The notes beneath the pieces were generated by a model, which was not told where the DNA came from, made no database searches, and was given only the letters and a program-made list of their open reading frames with translations. A DNA stretch of 58,553 nt, filler included, from Porpidia crustulata (Eukaryota): assembly GCA_964255105.1 (NCBI GenBank). It is 9 parts of 9 records of this genome, joined end to end, with 100 filler letters (N's around TTAATTAATTAA, not from the genome) between each part and the next. Parts side by side here need not be neighbours in the genome. Positions count along the whole stretch, not along the records: positions 32,615 to 39,028 come from CAXUWE010001550.1; positions 39,129 to 45,540 come from CAXUWE010001551.1; positions 45,641 to 52,047 come from CAXUWE010001552.1; 6 more parts are not named here. One strand, written 5' to 3'. The position numbers and the translations under genes are program-made. Shown in pieces: positions 38,094 through 51,208 of this stretch. Within the stretch, counting starts at the first letter, position 1, and each line of letters begins with the position of its first letter.

Positions 38094-39028
38094 GGGCTCA
38101 GGTGTATTTAGAATGCTGATGGCAGATCGAGAATTCACGAGTATCATTTCTGGTGTCGGCTGGTATGTCTATTTCGTATCCGCCGCTGCCTGTTTGGAAC
38201 TTGGAAAACGGTCGTGCGTTCTCCAGAGCCGAAGCCAGATGGACGAAGCATAGAAATACATTCAATGGCACGAGAAAGCTATCTAACGGCGTCAGCAAAG
38301 GTGCTTGTGCCGCGAGATCAAATAACCCACGTCCAACTGAAATCCGGTTTACCGCAATGCCACTTTTCGGTCGTTGAGCATAGTAGGAAGCCATAGAGTC
38401 CACACGTTTCGAACATCAGAACAATCTCAACGATACCAGATCCTATCCAAATGAACAAAAATTGCCTCAAGCGCATACGACTCTTAGATGCTTAGACTTC
38501 CGGATTTTCTGCCTCCGCGACCCTTTGAGTGCCTTATATTTCTTTCGAGTTCGACCGTTTTCGGACTCGTTGAGAGGGGCACTTTATTCTATAACGGCTG
38601 ACGAAGCTGTCACGTCCGTTTTCTGGATCTCCTACAGATTCTTCTTGGACGCAACGTTATGATTGGAGGCCTTGAGCAGCCCTTCATGATGTCCTAACCT
38701 AGTAGAGATTATGCGGTACAACAAGTCAATCTAAGAGCCTTCTTGGTGATGTAGAAATTGAAGTGAAGGGAAGGTGTCACTGAAGGCAACGAGATTATTG
38801 AAAGGGGCTGAAATTAGTCTTCATGGCTCGAAGCAAGTCTCAACGAAGGCTGTGGAGCTTGAACGGGTCCCTTAAGCTGTGGCTCATCCTCGCCTCACCC
38901 TCGTCTCACCCGACGCTGGTGATATAGCGGCGATACTCACCCTCTAGAACGGGAGCAGCATTCGGTGAGGTAGTGATTCGCATTAAATCTTTCTCTGATG
39001 TTGAACTTTCGCGATTCTCGCTTAAACC

Positions 39029-39128
39029 NNNNNNNNNNNNNNNNNNNNNNNNNNNNNNNNNNNNNNNNNNNNTTAATTAATTAANNNNNNNNNNNNNNNN
39101 NNNNNNNNNNNNNNNNNNNNNNNNNNNN
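39029..39128. other. Artificial contig linker
   Basis: N44-TTAATTAATTAA-N44. Confidence 0.99.
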
Positions 39129-39552
39129 GGGTTAGAGTTGGATGAGAGAGAAAGGATCAGAGAAGGAAAAGATTCCCGCAAGGTTCAACGAGAAAGCGGA
39201 ACTCGTCTCGGTAAGATTGGGGCTTTGAAGGGCTGGCAGACAGGAAGGTGTGCATCGCGACGTGAAGAGTACAACATCGGAACGAAGGCTCAGATCTGGA
39301 CAGCATAAACAAATCGGCACAAACCAATGAGATCGCAAACCCGCTCTTTTTTTCCCTCCTTCCCCAGGACAAACGAGAGCTGAAACCCCCGAAAAACAAA
39401 AGCTCCAATGAAGAAAAGATGCAGCGAGAAACCGGCGGAAAGCCCATGCTGCCACCCCTGATAGGCCCGTTGTTTAGACGAGCTGAGCTGAATCGTGTCG
39501 GGCCTCCCGACCAATAGGAAATGAGAATTCGAGGAAGATAAATCAAACTTAC

Positions 39553-39657
39553 GTAGGTTGCTCGGAGCATCCATTTACAGGATGTGCAGAACTTGATTGT
39601 GATGCGAGGCAGCTGGACGGGGGTTGAGGCTTCGGCCGGTTGGGCCGAGGTGTCCAT
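39553..39657 (-). CDS. Exon 1 of Rdx-family (SelW/SelT/SelH-like, CxxC) protein; remainder beyond contig end
   Basis: LPRITIKFCTSCKWMLRATY followed by a GTAAGT donor at 39552. Confidence 0.85.
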
Positions 39658-40424
39658 GTTTTGGTGGGACGAACTCGTGTTGTTTTTGGGGAGGGTTTGG
39701 TCTGCCTTCGAGGAGGAGAGGCAGGTTGAAGGGGATCGATGCTGTAATTGGGTAACTTGGACGTGGGATTCGGGGGCATGAAAAATGTCACTGGCGCAGA
39801 TGGGTTGTTTTATGGTCTAACCCTATGGTTGCAATATCACTTCATACGCCAGGTCGATGTAGATCAAGGTACGGGTTTCGATGAATTCCACAACTGCCCC
39901 CAAAAAGGTATCTACAAGAAGAAACGACTCAAGTTTCGGTGGAAGGAAGAATAGGAGAAATGGTAGCCCCGGACAGGGTAGACCCAGTTGCTTTTGGGGG
40001 AGCGCGTTGGAATCCGACAGGCTATTAGGCGTTGCATTTTTTCTTTCTCCAACCAAGCAATGACGCAAGATTATGAACGTATAGACATCCTCCATCGACA
40101 CATTAAGGGAAAACTTGCTATTACACACATCGTTGGGTGGCGGGCTAAGAGGAAGGGAAGGCCATGGGCAGGCAAGATGGAGCCGCCATGTTGGCTGGTG
40201 GCTCGTCCACCTGAGTCCTTTCTTGAACAGATGAGACACAATCGATAATGACCTGCTCTTCCCCTAGCCCTCCTGTAGTTGCACGGATTGCCGGGAAGAT
40301 GGCCGTGGTTGGTGGAGGTAGAGGTAGATCGATGTCGGCGCGAGTGAGGGATTTGAGGTATCGGAGAAACAAGTTAAGCGATGCATGCAAAAGACCGTAG
40401 AACGCCTAGCTGACCGCATATGCT

Positions 40425-40867
40425 TTACATGACCGAACAGCAGCCTGCTGATTGTTGTGGTGCATACGGGTCTTCCTTTCGCTCAACCTGCAACGCGCAA
40501 AGTTAGCAAGCTGCATCCCTCGCTACACTCGACGCGGTATTGTGCGACAAAATCAAGGGAAATATCCAACGTACCGATCCCCACAAGGACGGCACCATGA
40601 AGTCTTTTGTATTTGTGCAGTATTGTATCAATCTGCGCCAAGTCGATTAGTATCAAAGTTGACATTATCCCGGAATTGGCGGTGTGCTTTGTCGCGGGGG
40701 ATGTCGACTTACGACATCGATGCTTCTGAGACCTTAATCCGCGGTCGCTCGAGGTCTTCCTTCAACCGTAAGTTGAGCTCGTTCAGCCGTCGGAGCTTGA
40801 GGTCGGCCATTGACTGCTTCTTGTTCTTGACATCGCCGCCGGCGCGGATCTCGTAGGCGGCCGGCAT
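40425..40867 (-). CDS. gpgA: Heterotrimeric G-protein gamma subunit, 3 exons (40867-40713, 40632-40575, 40487-40425); missed by the ORF track
   Basis: [91 protein letters not shown], ending in a CCAAX motif. Confidence 0.95.
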
Positions 40868-41475
40868 CTCTTCAGTCGCTTCTGTCTAGAAGCTGTCCCA
40901 ACTAGTCGCCCAGAAGACGTGGAGGAAGCAAGGTACTGGCGAATGTTGAGTAGGCAAGACAGGGGAGACGCAGGAAGCGGTCGCAAGGATGAGGAAGGCA
41001 GGCCTGTTTGCTCTCCTCTGGCCTCTTGTGCAAGGTCGATAGGCAAGGTGGTAAGGTACTCAATCGCTCGCACAACCCGGACTAACCCTATTCCTAGCGC
41101 CAACCACAAAATGCCGCTTTAATTAGAGTAGCAGTTGCTATGTCTGTCTCGCACCAAGAATAAGACGGGTTGCAGTCCGTGAGGAAAGGAAGATAGAGCA
41201 GTATGGTCTGTAATTCGCAAAGTGTTGTTGGATAGGCAGTGCTTAAATTATATCATCGCCTCCGTTGCACAGTGTTTGTTCGACCATCTTCTCTGATTGA
41301 AATTGCCGTGTTTAGGGCTGACTCGTTAGTGGCTTGAGGCCGCTTCACGCACAAATTACCCTCCACCTACCATCGAGCATTTTCAAACGTCAGCCATCGA
41401 TCCCGACACAACAATCACTGGCCCAACGCCTGCTGTACTTTCTTACCATCATCAACACAGAGGAGGTTGCCCAGC

Positions 41476-44400
41476 ATGCCTCCTCCGCCTCATACCAAGC
41501 CGGAAAATGTGCTCAAGGTAAATTTAGTTTCCCCTTCCGATCGCCTTAACCTCCCGGCTGGCAGGTAGCTGATATGTCTTGTAGCGGGCACAAGAGCTCA
41601 TCGCGGTCGAGCAGTCCTCTGCTGCTCTCACCATCCTCCACGAACATGTCACTTCCAAGAGGTCGCGGAATAGTCCTATCACTTCCCTCGAACCAGTCAT
41701 GATCCTTTTTGTCGAACTCTGTGTGGGTCTCAAGAAAGGAAAGCTTGCAAAAGATGGACTTTATCAGTATAAGAATACCGCGCAAAATACCAATGTTGGA
41801 ACAATTGAGGTAGGATAGTCTGCTTTCATACCCGACTACTTAGCTAATTGGCCTTCGTATTTCCAGCTGGTCCTCAAGAAATTCATTGAGCTTGCCGAGG
41901 CAAAGGTTACGGAAGCTCAAACAAAGGCGGATGAAGTCCAATCGACCCTTGAGCCCGCCGCCTCTGGTACTAATGTCGAAGATCTTGAGGCTATTGAGAC
42001 TCCTGAGTCGATTTTACTCTCCACCGTGTCTGGCGAACAGTCTCGCGATCGGACTGACAGAGCAATCGTCACACCATGGCTAAAGTTTCTATGGGAAACG
42101 TACCGTACTGTACTGGAGATACTCAAAAATAATGCCAGATTGGAGATCATGTACCAGCAAACCGCTCTTCAGGCCTTCAAATTCTGTCAGAACTACGCGC
42201 GGAAAACCGAGTTCCGAAGACTCTGCGAGCTTTTAAGAAACCATGTTCAGAATGCAGCCAAGTACCAGTCCCAGATGCATGCTATCAATTTGAGTGATCC
42301 AGATACGCTACAACGTCATCTTGACACTCGATTCCAGCAACTCAACGTGGCTGTTGAGCTTGAGCTATGGCAGGAAGCTTTCCGAAGTGTGGAGGATATC
42401 CACACGCTTCTCAGCTTGAGCAAGCGCCCTGCGAAGAATGTAATGATGGCCAATTACTACCACCACTTGACCAAGATATTTCTTGTCAGCGAGAATTATT
42501 TATTCCATGCAGCCGCTTGGAGTAGGTATTACAATCTCCTGAGACAATCTGCCAGTATCGTCGCTTCCGGTCAGAGCTTGAAGAAAGACAACCCTCCTGC
42601 CTCCGAGGCTGAACTGAGCAGAGCCGCCTCATTTGTGTTGCTTTCAGCTCTATCTATCCCAGTCATCAGCACATCTCGCTCCCGTGGGGCATTGATCGAC
42701 GTTGACGAGGTGCGTAAGAATAAGAACAATCGTCTCACTAATCTGCTCGGAATGTCCCAAGCTCCCACAAGAGCGGTTCTGTTCAAGGATGCAATGAGCA
42801 AGGGATTACTTAAACGCTGCAAGCCAGAGATCCGCGAGCTCTACCAAATCTTGGAGGTTGATTTCCACCCGTTATCAATCTGCAAAAAGATCTCACCCAT
42901 CTTGACCCAAATCGGCGCCGATACTGAAATGGAACAATATGTGCTGCCGCTACAACAAGTCATCTTGACCAGACTATTTCAGCAACTGTCCCAGGTCTAC
43001 GAATCAGTCGAGCTGAAGTTTGTCCAAGATCTGGCTCAATTCCCGGATCCATTTCAGGTAACTCCCAGTACCATCGAGAAGTTCATCATGAACGGTTGCA
43101 AGAAGGGGGATCTGGCAATCCGGGTTGACCATGCCACAGGTGTCATTACATTTGACACCGATGTTTTCTCTTCAGCAAAAGCCTTGCATCCTGGAGCTGG
43201 TACAGGATCTGCCGAGACTGAGGGAAGCTCGGTGCAGCGATTACAGCGTACCCCAGCAGAAATCGTGCGCTCCCAACTTACTCGACTTGCAAAGACACTT
43301 TTTGTTACATGCCAGTATGTGGATCCCAGCTTCAATGAGGCTCGACAGCACAACAAAGCAGCGGCTTTACTGAGAGCTGGGGAAGGTGCGGAGCAAGAGC
43401 ACCAGGAGACCTTAGCAAGACGCGCGATTATAGAGAAGAAGAAGGAGCTTGCCTCTGACGCCTTGCAAAAGAAGCAAAAGGAGGAGGAAACTCGGAAGCG
43501 TATTATAACTCAGCAGCGCCAGGAGGCGGAGAGCTTACGACTCGCCGAGGAGCACAAGGAGCGTGAGCGCAAACGCCTCAAGGATGAGCAAGATCGAATT
43601 CGTAGAGAGAACAATGAAAAAGAGCTAGCCGAACTTAAGCAGAAAGGTATAAATATTGGAGATGTTGATCTTGATGATCTCGATAGCAACCGGCTACGAC
43701 TACTCAGAATCTCGCAGCTTGAGAAAGAGAAGAACGACCTTTACAAGAACCTTAGGGTTACCGGAAAGCGGACAGATCATCTTGAACGTGCCTTTAGAAA
43801 AGAGGAGATTAAGCTTCTGCCTAAAGATTACGAGCAACAGCGGGAGAGAGATCTTACTGCATATGAAAAGTCGAAAGAGGAGACACTGAAGGAAGCAAAG
43901 CGCAAACACACGGATGATGTGGCTCTAAAGCATCGTCTTACTCGTTTGTTGCCCGCGTACGAGCAGTTTCGTAATGATCTTCAAGGACGGCGGCATGATG
44001 AATTTGAGAGACGGAGAAAGAACGCTGATAAGGAGTACCAGCAAGCCGTTGAGAAGCGAAAGCGGAGCGAACGGGAACGGAAGGCACGTGAGAAGCGTGA
44101 GCTCGAGGAGGCGGAGAGACGTCAAGTCGAAGAAGAGGAGAGAAGAGTTCAAGAAGAGGAACAGAAGGCAGCGGAGGAAGAAGAAAAGAAACGCGAGGCA
44201 GCTGAGAGGAAAGCGAAGAGAGACGCCGAGCGGAAGTATGTATCCTCCTTTCAAATCGAGCTGCAGTGTTGCTAATTCAATTGCAGACAACTTGACGAAC
44301 AAGCCGCAAAACAGCGGAAACGAGAAGAGGAGGTTGCCGCTAAGCTGGAGGCCAAAAAAGCTGGTGCTCGACTTCCTGAACGTGGACCTCCCATCCGTTC

Positions 44401-44911
44401 CGAACCAGTTCGCACCGAATCCTCCGAGCGACCCTCTGGCCCACCACGTCTTGCTCTTGCTGGCAGTAAGCCAACTTGGAGGGACCGACAGGCCCAGAAA
44501 GATGCTGAAGCTGCAGCCGGCGTTGCGCAACCAACAGCTCCACCTTCTGACAATGCCACTGCAGAAGCCCAATTGCCGAAGAAGACTGGCTACGTTCCAC
44601 CTGCAAGGCGTGGAGATGCTGTGCCTCGTGGTCGGACCGATGGCGATCCATCTTCGACACGTGATGAGAGTTCTGGTGGAGACGCACCAGCTAAATGGCG
44701 TTCTGGCACGAGCAACAGTGACTTGGGGCGTGATGGGTCGCCAGCTGAGAAACCAGCGTCTCGATTCGGGGACCTGCGCCGCAGACCCGATGCACCTGAC
44801 CGACCTGCGACGAATCAGAGAGATGAGTCGGTCCCAGCTAGAACGGACAGCCCTGCTGATGGTAAACCTGCTCCTGGGAAGTACGTTCCCGTGCACTTGA
44901 GGAACAAGTAG
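41476..44911 (+). CDS. TIF32: Translation initiation factor eIF3 subunit A, multi-exon
   Basis: [60 protein letters not shown] domain, coiled-coil, GKYVPVHLR. Confidence 0.97.
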
Positions 44912-45540
44912 GTATGATGTGCAGGTTTGAGTGGCTCGCGAAGTCATAGCTCGAGATGGGTGATTAGACTGGTAAATTGGAACGATTGCTCCCAGGTTTT
45001 ATTTTCAGATACTGTATTTTCTTCGACGGTACATGGGTTCAAGTCTCTTTCGTAGTGCTACAAACTTACACACACCGGGCTGTCTTCCGCAGGCTTTGGT
45101 TCGACGGCGGAGAGGAGGGATGGAACCGCGGGTGCGAATGTAAGTGCGGATCTAATTCGAAACAATTGTCATTTCTAGTCTTGGTTCTCGTGCGAGGTAC
45201 TGGGTGGTCATGTGTCAAAAGTTTCCTTGCCCTTCTACTTGTCATCATCCTAGGTATCTGGCTTGTAATGCATGCATGCAATCGTCACCACATTCACATC
45301 GCGAACGGTTGTGTCATCAATCCGGCCGGAGGATATATAAATGCAAACTTCTTACGGGTTCCCTACCCACAACATCCGTGGTATCATGCATCAGCCATAC
45401 TACAAACCCGGCAGCTTCGGGATCGCCAACGCCAGCCCAATACTCAAACTCATGCAAACGCCCACCCTGTGAATAATGCCGATGCGGGGACCACTTCTTA
45501 TCCGGCCCCAACCTCTACCCCTTTCATCTCCCCGCCACCT

Positions 45541-45640
45541 NNNNNNNNNNNNNNNNNNNNNNNNNNNNNNNNNNNNNNNNNNNNTTAATTAATTAANNNN
45601 NNNNNNNNNNNNNNNNNNNNNNNNNNNNNNNNNNNNNNNN
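45541..45640. other. Artificial contig linker
   Basis: N44-TTAATTAATTAA-N44. Confidence 0.99.
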
Positions 45641-46649
45641 CCTTTGGGCGGGTAGGCGAGGTAGGTGTCGAGGAAGGAGGTGTAGCCGCAGGAGTCGGCT
45701 TTGGCGTGGAGGGTGGACATGAAGGAAGCATTAAAGGAGAAGAGATTGGGGTTGGCGTCGACCATGGCCACGACGGGGACTGGGAAGGTGTTAATCTTTG
45801 GATCGCGTGGGTTTCGAGGAAATTTGGGAGGAGTGCTTACTTTCTTCTTGCACCATGTCGGTGCTGGTGCTAGGGTCGTACATCAGGATTGCTTCGACGT
45901 CATAGTATTTTGTGTTGTTGGTATTGAGCATGGCATCTGCGATGTAGGGGATATAGTATCCAGCGTAGCTCTCCCCCGTGATAAAGATTTTCTTATGATG
46001 CAAATCGAAGGTGTCTAAGAAATTCTTGAAGAAACCCAAAAATTGCGAGGCTACGTCTGTTTCGCTTGTCGCGGACGGAGTGCCCTGAGAAAATCCAGTA
46101 CCAACAGGCTGCTCGACCCAGACCATGTTGGTCAGGTTGACCCAAGTGTATGGGTTCTTGACAGGCTTGTACGTGCCATACTGCCACAGGAAAGGTCCAT
46201 TCTCCTGCAGCAGGCCCTCAAGAGAAGAGCATCCAGGTCCACCGTTGAGCCAAATGGTGATTTCGTCTTTGGCCAATGGGTTTTCCGACGGGAAATACCA
46301 GAAGTACAGTTCGCGAGTCTCATTTTTCTGCGACGAAATGGGTAATAGACCGGCATAGGACTCGCCGACGTCAAAAGACACATCGGGGATTTTGGTGCCA
46401 TCCACAGCGAATTCTAGAAAGTATTAAAAAGATAGTTCATTCACAGGCATAGGCGATAGTACTCTTGGTTTTGGTAGTCAGCTGTTTCGGCGCACGCTTC
46501 TCCAACATTTCAGTCACTGGGGCATTGGCCTCGGTTCTTGATAAAACCCTTGGTGCCCTGTTCGGCAAAGTCTTTCCAACATGCTGCGGACTTCTCGCTG
46601 CGACAAAACAAGTCGTCGTAAGCAGACTGAGAATAGTGAAAGCACGCAT
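45641..46649 (-). CDS. Secreted serine carboxypeptidase (peptidase S10, CpdS-like), 3'-truncated
   Basis: Signal peptide [10 protein letters not shown].., [22 protein letters not shown], catalytic GESYAG. Confidence 0.93.
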
Positions 46650-46663
46650 ATCGGTGACTGGGA

Positions 46664-46686
46664 AGAGAGAGAGAGAGAGAGAGAGA
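46664..46686. repeat. (GA)n microsatellite upstream of the carboxypeptidase ATG
   Basis: About 11 GA units. Confidence 0.9.
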
Positions 46687-47533
46687 TGAAGGAGAGAAAC
46701 AACACGAGCAGACGGGACAACATGACGGAGCCGGGGGAGCTTCCTTTAAGAAGTAGTGAAGATTAGCAACATTTTCTCAAGCTCCTGCATGCCGATCTAC
46801 GTGTTACGTAGTAGTAGAAGCCCGAGTACGCCTTCCATGTCTTTCCCAGGTACTAATTAGCCTCCCAGCCCTGCGATCAGAGGGTTATCTCCAGCCTCGA
46901 GTTGGGCTCTCCGCCGTCGACATGCCGAGGACCCTGCAAAGACGAAAGCCCCCCGAGCAGAAGCGTTCATTGCAGGAAACCATCGTTCGGGTTCGTAGTC
47001 TGATTCGTCATCCACCGCCCCATCTGCCCCGTCGAGGCTCTTATCATGCACTGTCCCCGCAAATGATTCCCTTGTTGATCGTGTCTGTCGGTGCGTGCTT
47101 GGCCATTTGAGGAAGCTGCTGTTGAGATAGACGAGGGGCCGGGGTCGCGGCCGGGACCTTTTAGGCGTATTTTTCGCTTGCCCCCAATCCTTAGTGCAGT
47201 GATCTTTCAATACAATTACATTACGAAAACGGATGACGGCTGTCTCGCCATCCCATCGGCTGATGGCAGGCAGGACCGTTGCTCGAAAGAATCATTACAT
47301 GAGGTGCATGGATATGTGAATTTGCAAACGAATCAGCATTACCACAATAAGGTGATGTCTTACGGCATGTCCGAGATAAACGTCCTGGGGAAACGTCACC
47401 GTAAAAGCCATAGCACCACTGCCACTACCATGATCATGCCGCAATGCAATTCGAATCAGTTTAGATACAAGTAAAAATCCTTCTTCGTGGTGATGCACCC
47501 AGTGCTATCACGGCAACGAGCACCCGCCGAGCC

Positions 47534-49425
47534 CTATTCCATGTACTTCTCCGCCAGTTTCAGCAACTCCGGATAGTTAGGGGTACCGTACCCAGTCACC
47601 GGATCCCATCCCTTTGTTGCGTTCCAGCTGGCGTAGGGCACAAACGGCGTGGGCAAGCCCGAGTAAATGTCTTTGCCCGTGCAACCTCGCGATCCACCGT
47701 CTACGATATCCGTCAGTCCTTTGTAGCCAACCGAGTAGATGAACGGGTTCAAGAATCCAAGCGGTGGCTTGTTCTTCGAGAGCCGGGCGCTATTGATGAG
47801 TGATATAATGCCGGCAACTGTAGGGGATGACGCGCTAGTGCCACCAACCCGAATCTCTTTCCCATGGTCCACAACTGTGAAGTTGTACGCTTGAGCAGCA
47901 ATATCGGGGAATCCACGACCGGCAGGATTGTACAGTCCCTGCCATCGGGTCCCAAGGATGCCAAGGTATGTGGTAACGGCGGCATCTTGGTATGCTGGGC
48001 GAGGGAATCGGTCGGAAAATCCTCCGGAAGAGAAGCCAATAGCCCTCTCCGGCGCAACGTGATAGGTCCCACCAACCGAGGTTACAAACGGGCAAGCAGC
48101 GGGGAAGATCGGGAGGAATCGAGTCGTGTTTTTCCCGTCATTCGTCTGGCAAGCACTGCCGACGCCAGTGTCGCCACTGGAGAAGAGCACTGAGACACCG
48201 CGAGCGCCAAGTTGAGCGAAGAGACTGCACGTCATGTTGGTATCTAGACATGAAAAGCATTAGAACTGATCGGTCAGGGTGAGCAAAGAGGCTTACATGG
48301 TTCGGGGACACTTTGTTCGTCTTCACCGTAGGATGTGGTAAGTGTCGTTGGAAGCATACCATCCGGTTGGGCAAGAATGTAGTGCAAAAAGTCCAAGTAT
48401 GGCTCGTTTTGGTTATTGGCTGGAGTCGGTTGATCGAGATCAGGTACGAGTTGCCCAAGCCCACCGGTACTATAATAGTAGCCAGGCGTCGGGTATGACA
48501 GAGGGTAGGCGTACTGTGCATCTAGATTTGCTTCGATATCGTCATCCACCGTGTCGTTCTGCGTCGACAGGCCACCATTAATCAACACGTAGGTGAAGTT
48601 CTCCGAAGCTGCGTACGGTGCGTATTTGGTGGTGAAGGTCTTGAAGTCATCGAATTTGGCATACTCCTTTAGGTATCCACAGATGCCGATTTTGCCGCCG
48701 TTGCGAGTACTTCCTCTAGCATTTCCAACATGGTAGAGGTCTCTGAGACATTGCGGGGTGATGGTGGTATTGCAAAAGGTCGTGTTGAGGGTACTACCTT
48801 TGTATTGCTCGACGGCGTTTCTCGCAGGACCGACGACAAAATGTTCGCTGATAGTGGAATGTTCGGGACGTATCTGTCCGAAGCGAGTAGTAGGCTGTAT
48901 CATTTGGATATATCGATGCAAATTTCGTGGCACCGAGTATTGCAGGGTTCGGATTCTCTTGATGTCCGCAATCGAATTTGAGTAATAATAGAATTTTGTG
49001 TCGAGGATTCGTTCAGCTTCAACTGTAGGAACGTAGAAATTGATCCAGTCTCCGTCATCTTGAATGTCTGCAGGCTTCACGCCTTCATCCAATAGCCAGC
49101 TGAGAATGGCTTGTGAAGCAGCGGGGCTTGGACGAAGCATGGCCTTTATCTCATCACGCTGCATGTGCTCGCCGTAATTGGGGTGGTCGGGTGTGCTGAT
49201 AGCAATTACATGCTGCTCAAACGCAAAAGCGTTTTCCTGCTTTACTGCAATGCGGAAACGTAGCCGTGATGACGCTGATACAGCACGTCCTTGACGCCAT
49301 CCTTGCGGGATATGGGGCAAGCTCTCAAGCACGGTGAGCTCAGAAGTTGAGGCTGGAGCTGCCTGGACACCAGCGATAGCTGCAATGGCTGCCAGCAGGT
49401 GAGGAAGATAAGAGAATGACAGCAT
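47534..49425 (-). CDS. Tripeptidyl-peptidase / sedolisin (peptidase S53), secreted; intron 48296-48244
   Basis: Signal peptide and prodomain ([18 protein letters not shown]), [26 protein letters not shown], Ca-binding site [11 protein letters not shown]. Confidence 0.95.
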
Positions 49426-50677
49426 AATTGCGATGAAGTGTACTAAGTGAGACGTTAGTAAAGTACTGATATGTTCATTGGAGTCGAGCACGGTGAATAC
49501 GTACTCAGACACTCTATTCAATGAATGTGATTCTTGAAGGAGGCGACGACTAAGGGGCAGGCCCATCTTTATGTTCCTGCAGCATTTTGCATGCCATGTC
49601 CCGGAGGTAAGGATTCCTCCCCATGACCAGCAGATACTATGGATGGTGAGATCATATCCCAATACGTCTTGCCCGTCTCGTCTTGCAGAGAGCGATCATT
49701 TGTTTGCTCAGGCTACCCGTTAGCAGCTTCCTATTGCATTTCCTAGTTGATTTTCCAGTCATATTGGGAGGTGTGCGTCGTGCTGGACGGGAAACTGGAA
49801 TCTTTCATAGTTGTTTGCTCTTGCAGATAGGAGTGTCGACTGTCCGTCGTCCAACTTCCTATTGCAGTAGATTAAGATGGCAGATTGCAGGATGGACCCC
49901 CAGAAGTACAGACTCGGCAGTCTTGGTGCTCCGGGCATGCTGGTAGGTCAATGATCATTTACCTCATACGCAATCTGGCCATCAAGTATTCGTAATTGAT
50001 CTGATCCTGGACAGCCTTCCATTCCTTTCCCTTGCATTGCACAAGCACGACAAGCTACTGCAATCCGATAAGCTTCACGATTTGGAACTAATGTATGATA
50101 TCTTACACTAGTGTATCAGGCGGTCTCGTTACAATACCAACGGTGCACAGCTAGGTACTCTTAATACGGTCCGATATGTCCGTTCTATGGGAATATCTCC
50201 AGTACGCTGCTTCTCAACTCCAAGACTGTTGTCAAGAACTTTATTGATACGACTTTCTCTGGTCAAGTAAGGCATCTATCCTGGCAACTTGAGCTTTGCT
50301 TTTCGGACGTATCAGCGGGTTGATCGGTGTCTTTTTACCATGTTAAATGGACTTGCATTCGAATAGGCTGGGGTGAGTCGGGTCATGGTGGATGATTATC
50401 CCCTAGACAGAGTTGGGTAAAACAAATTATGAAAGACTAGGTCTTATCGATGACTGTGGTGATTAATGTTGAGGATTTGGCCTGTCGCGTGTAGCTGCGC
50501 AGCCATTCGACCTGAGCATTACATCATTGCTAGTCCCTTCAGGACGTATGACATCGTTCGAGCAATGCAACAATCTTCAATTATCATCCTCCACTATACC
50601 ACTTCTGCTCAGTTTTTGTTGCTATTTCACAAGTACATATCCAATTCCCTTGTACACATCTGTTAGTCTTCACAACC

Positions 50678-51208
50678 ATGTCCGCAGAATACGAAGGCAA
50701 AGATCCCATGGCCCTCGCCCGACAAGCGGAGCGTGACCTCAACTCCCACGGAGCGAAGCAAGGCTACAACTCCAGCGATTCGAGTCCGTCCATCACTTTT
50801 CCCCCCTCACCAGATTACCCCAACTGATCCACTTCACAGCCAACGAGACCGGCGTCGACGAATCCGTAACCTCCAAATTCCCCGGCAGCGAAGTGAAAGT
50901 CGGCTCCGCCGCTTCAGGAGCCGGTGACAACCGCGAGATCCCCGTCGACGAAGGGGGCGATCTGATCTCGAAACCGGGGGAGAAGGGTGGGAGTGGATAG
51001 TAGTTTTCCCCTTATTGGTTTCAGGGCGGCGATGTCGCTCGAGATTCACGCAACGCTGATACTGGGATATGGTAGCCCAACTAAGGCGCGAGACTTTGAA
51101 GGGCCGGGTGGTCCCGAGACGAAGCAGCAGATGTATGAGGAGGCGAACCCGGGAAATGACGATGTGATGGGGAATGTGAGGCAAGGAGGGGAGACGAGGA
51201 GACCTTGA
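50678..51208 (+). CDS. Small hydrophilic Gly/acidic conserved fungal protein (hydrophilin-like), 3 exons
   Basis: MSAEYEGKDPMALARQAERDLNSHGAKQG..GVDESVTSKFPGSEVKVGSAASGAGDNREIP..PTKARDFEGPGGPE; introns 50784-50839 and probably 51000-51075. Confidence 0.8.

Noticed and set aside
38098..38700. Minus-strand ORF fragments next to the MADS pseudogene
   Set aside because: Multiple stops and no recognisable family; may be a decayed gene but cannot be supported.
39129..39137. CTAACCC (minus strand) as a telomerase RNA template
   Set aside because: Cut by the contig end and better explained as the intron branch point after a pyrimidine tract.
39553..39657. Possible fungal selenoprotein
   Set aside because: The motif is CTSC encoded by normal Cys codons; no in-frame TGA.
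43925..44947. 340-aa antisense ORF and 308-aa alternative-frame ORF over eIF3a
   Set aside because: Shadow ORFs of a biased, charged coding region; no recognisable motifs.
44977..45540. 203-aa ORF downstream of eIF3a
   Set aside because: Non-ATG start, lies in the 3' UTR/intergenic region and runs into Ns.
50960..51075. Apparent frameshift in the small hydrophilic gene
   Set aside because: A GTAGTT donor at 51000 restores the phase without an indel.
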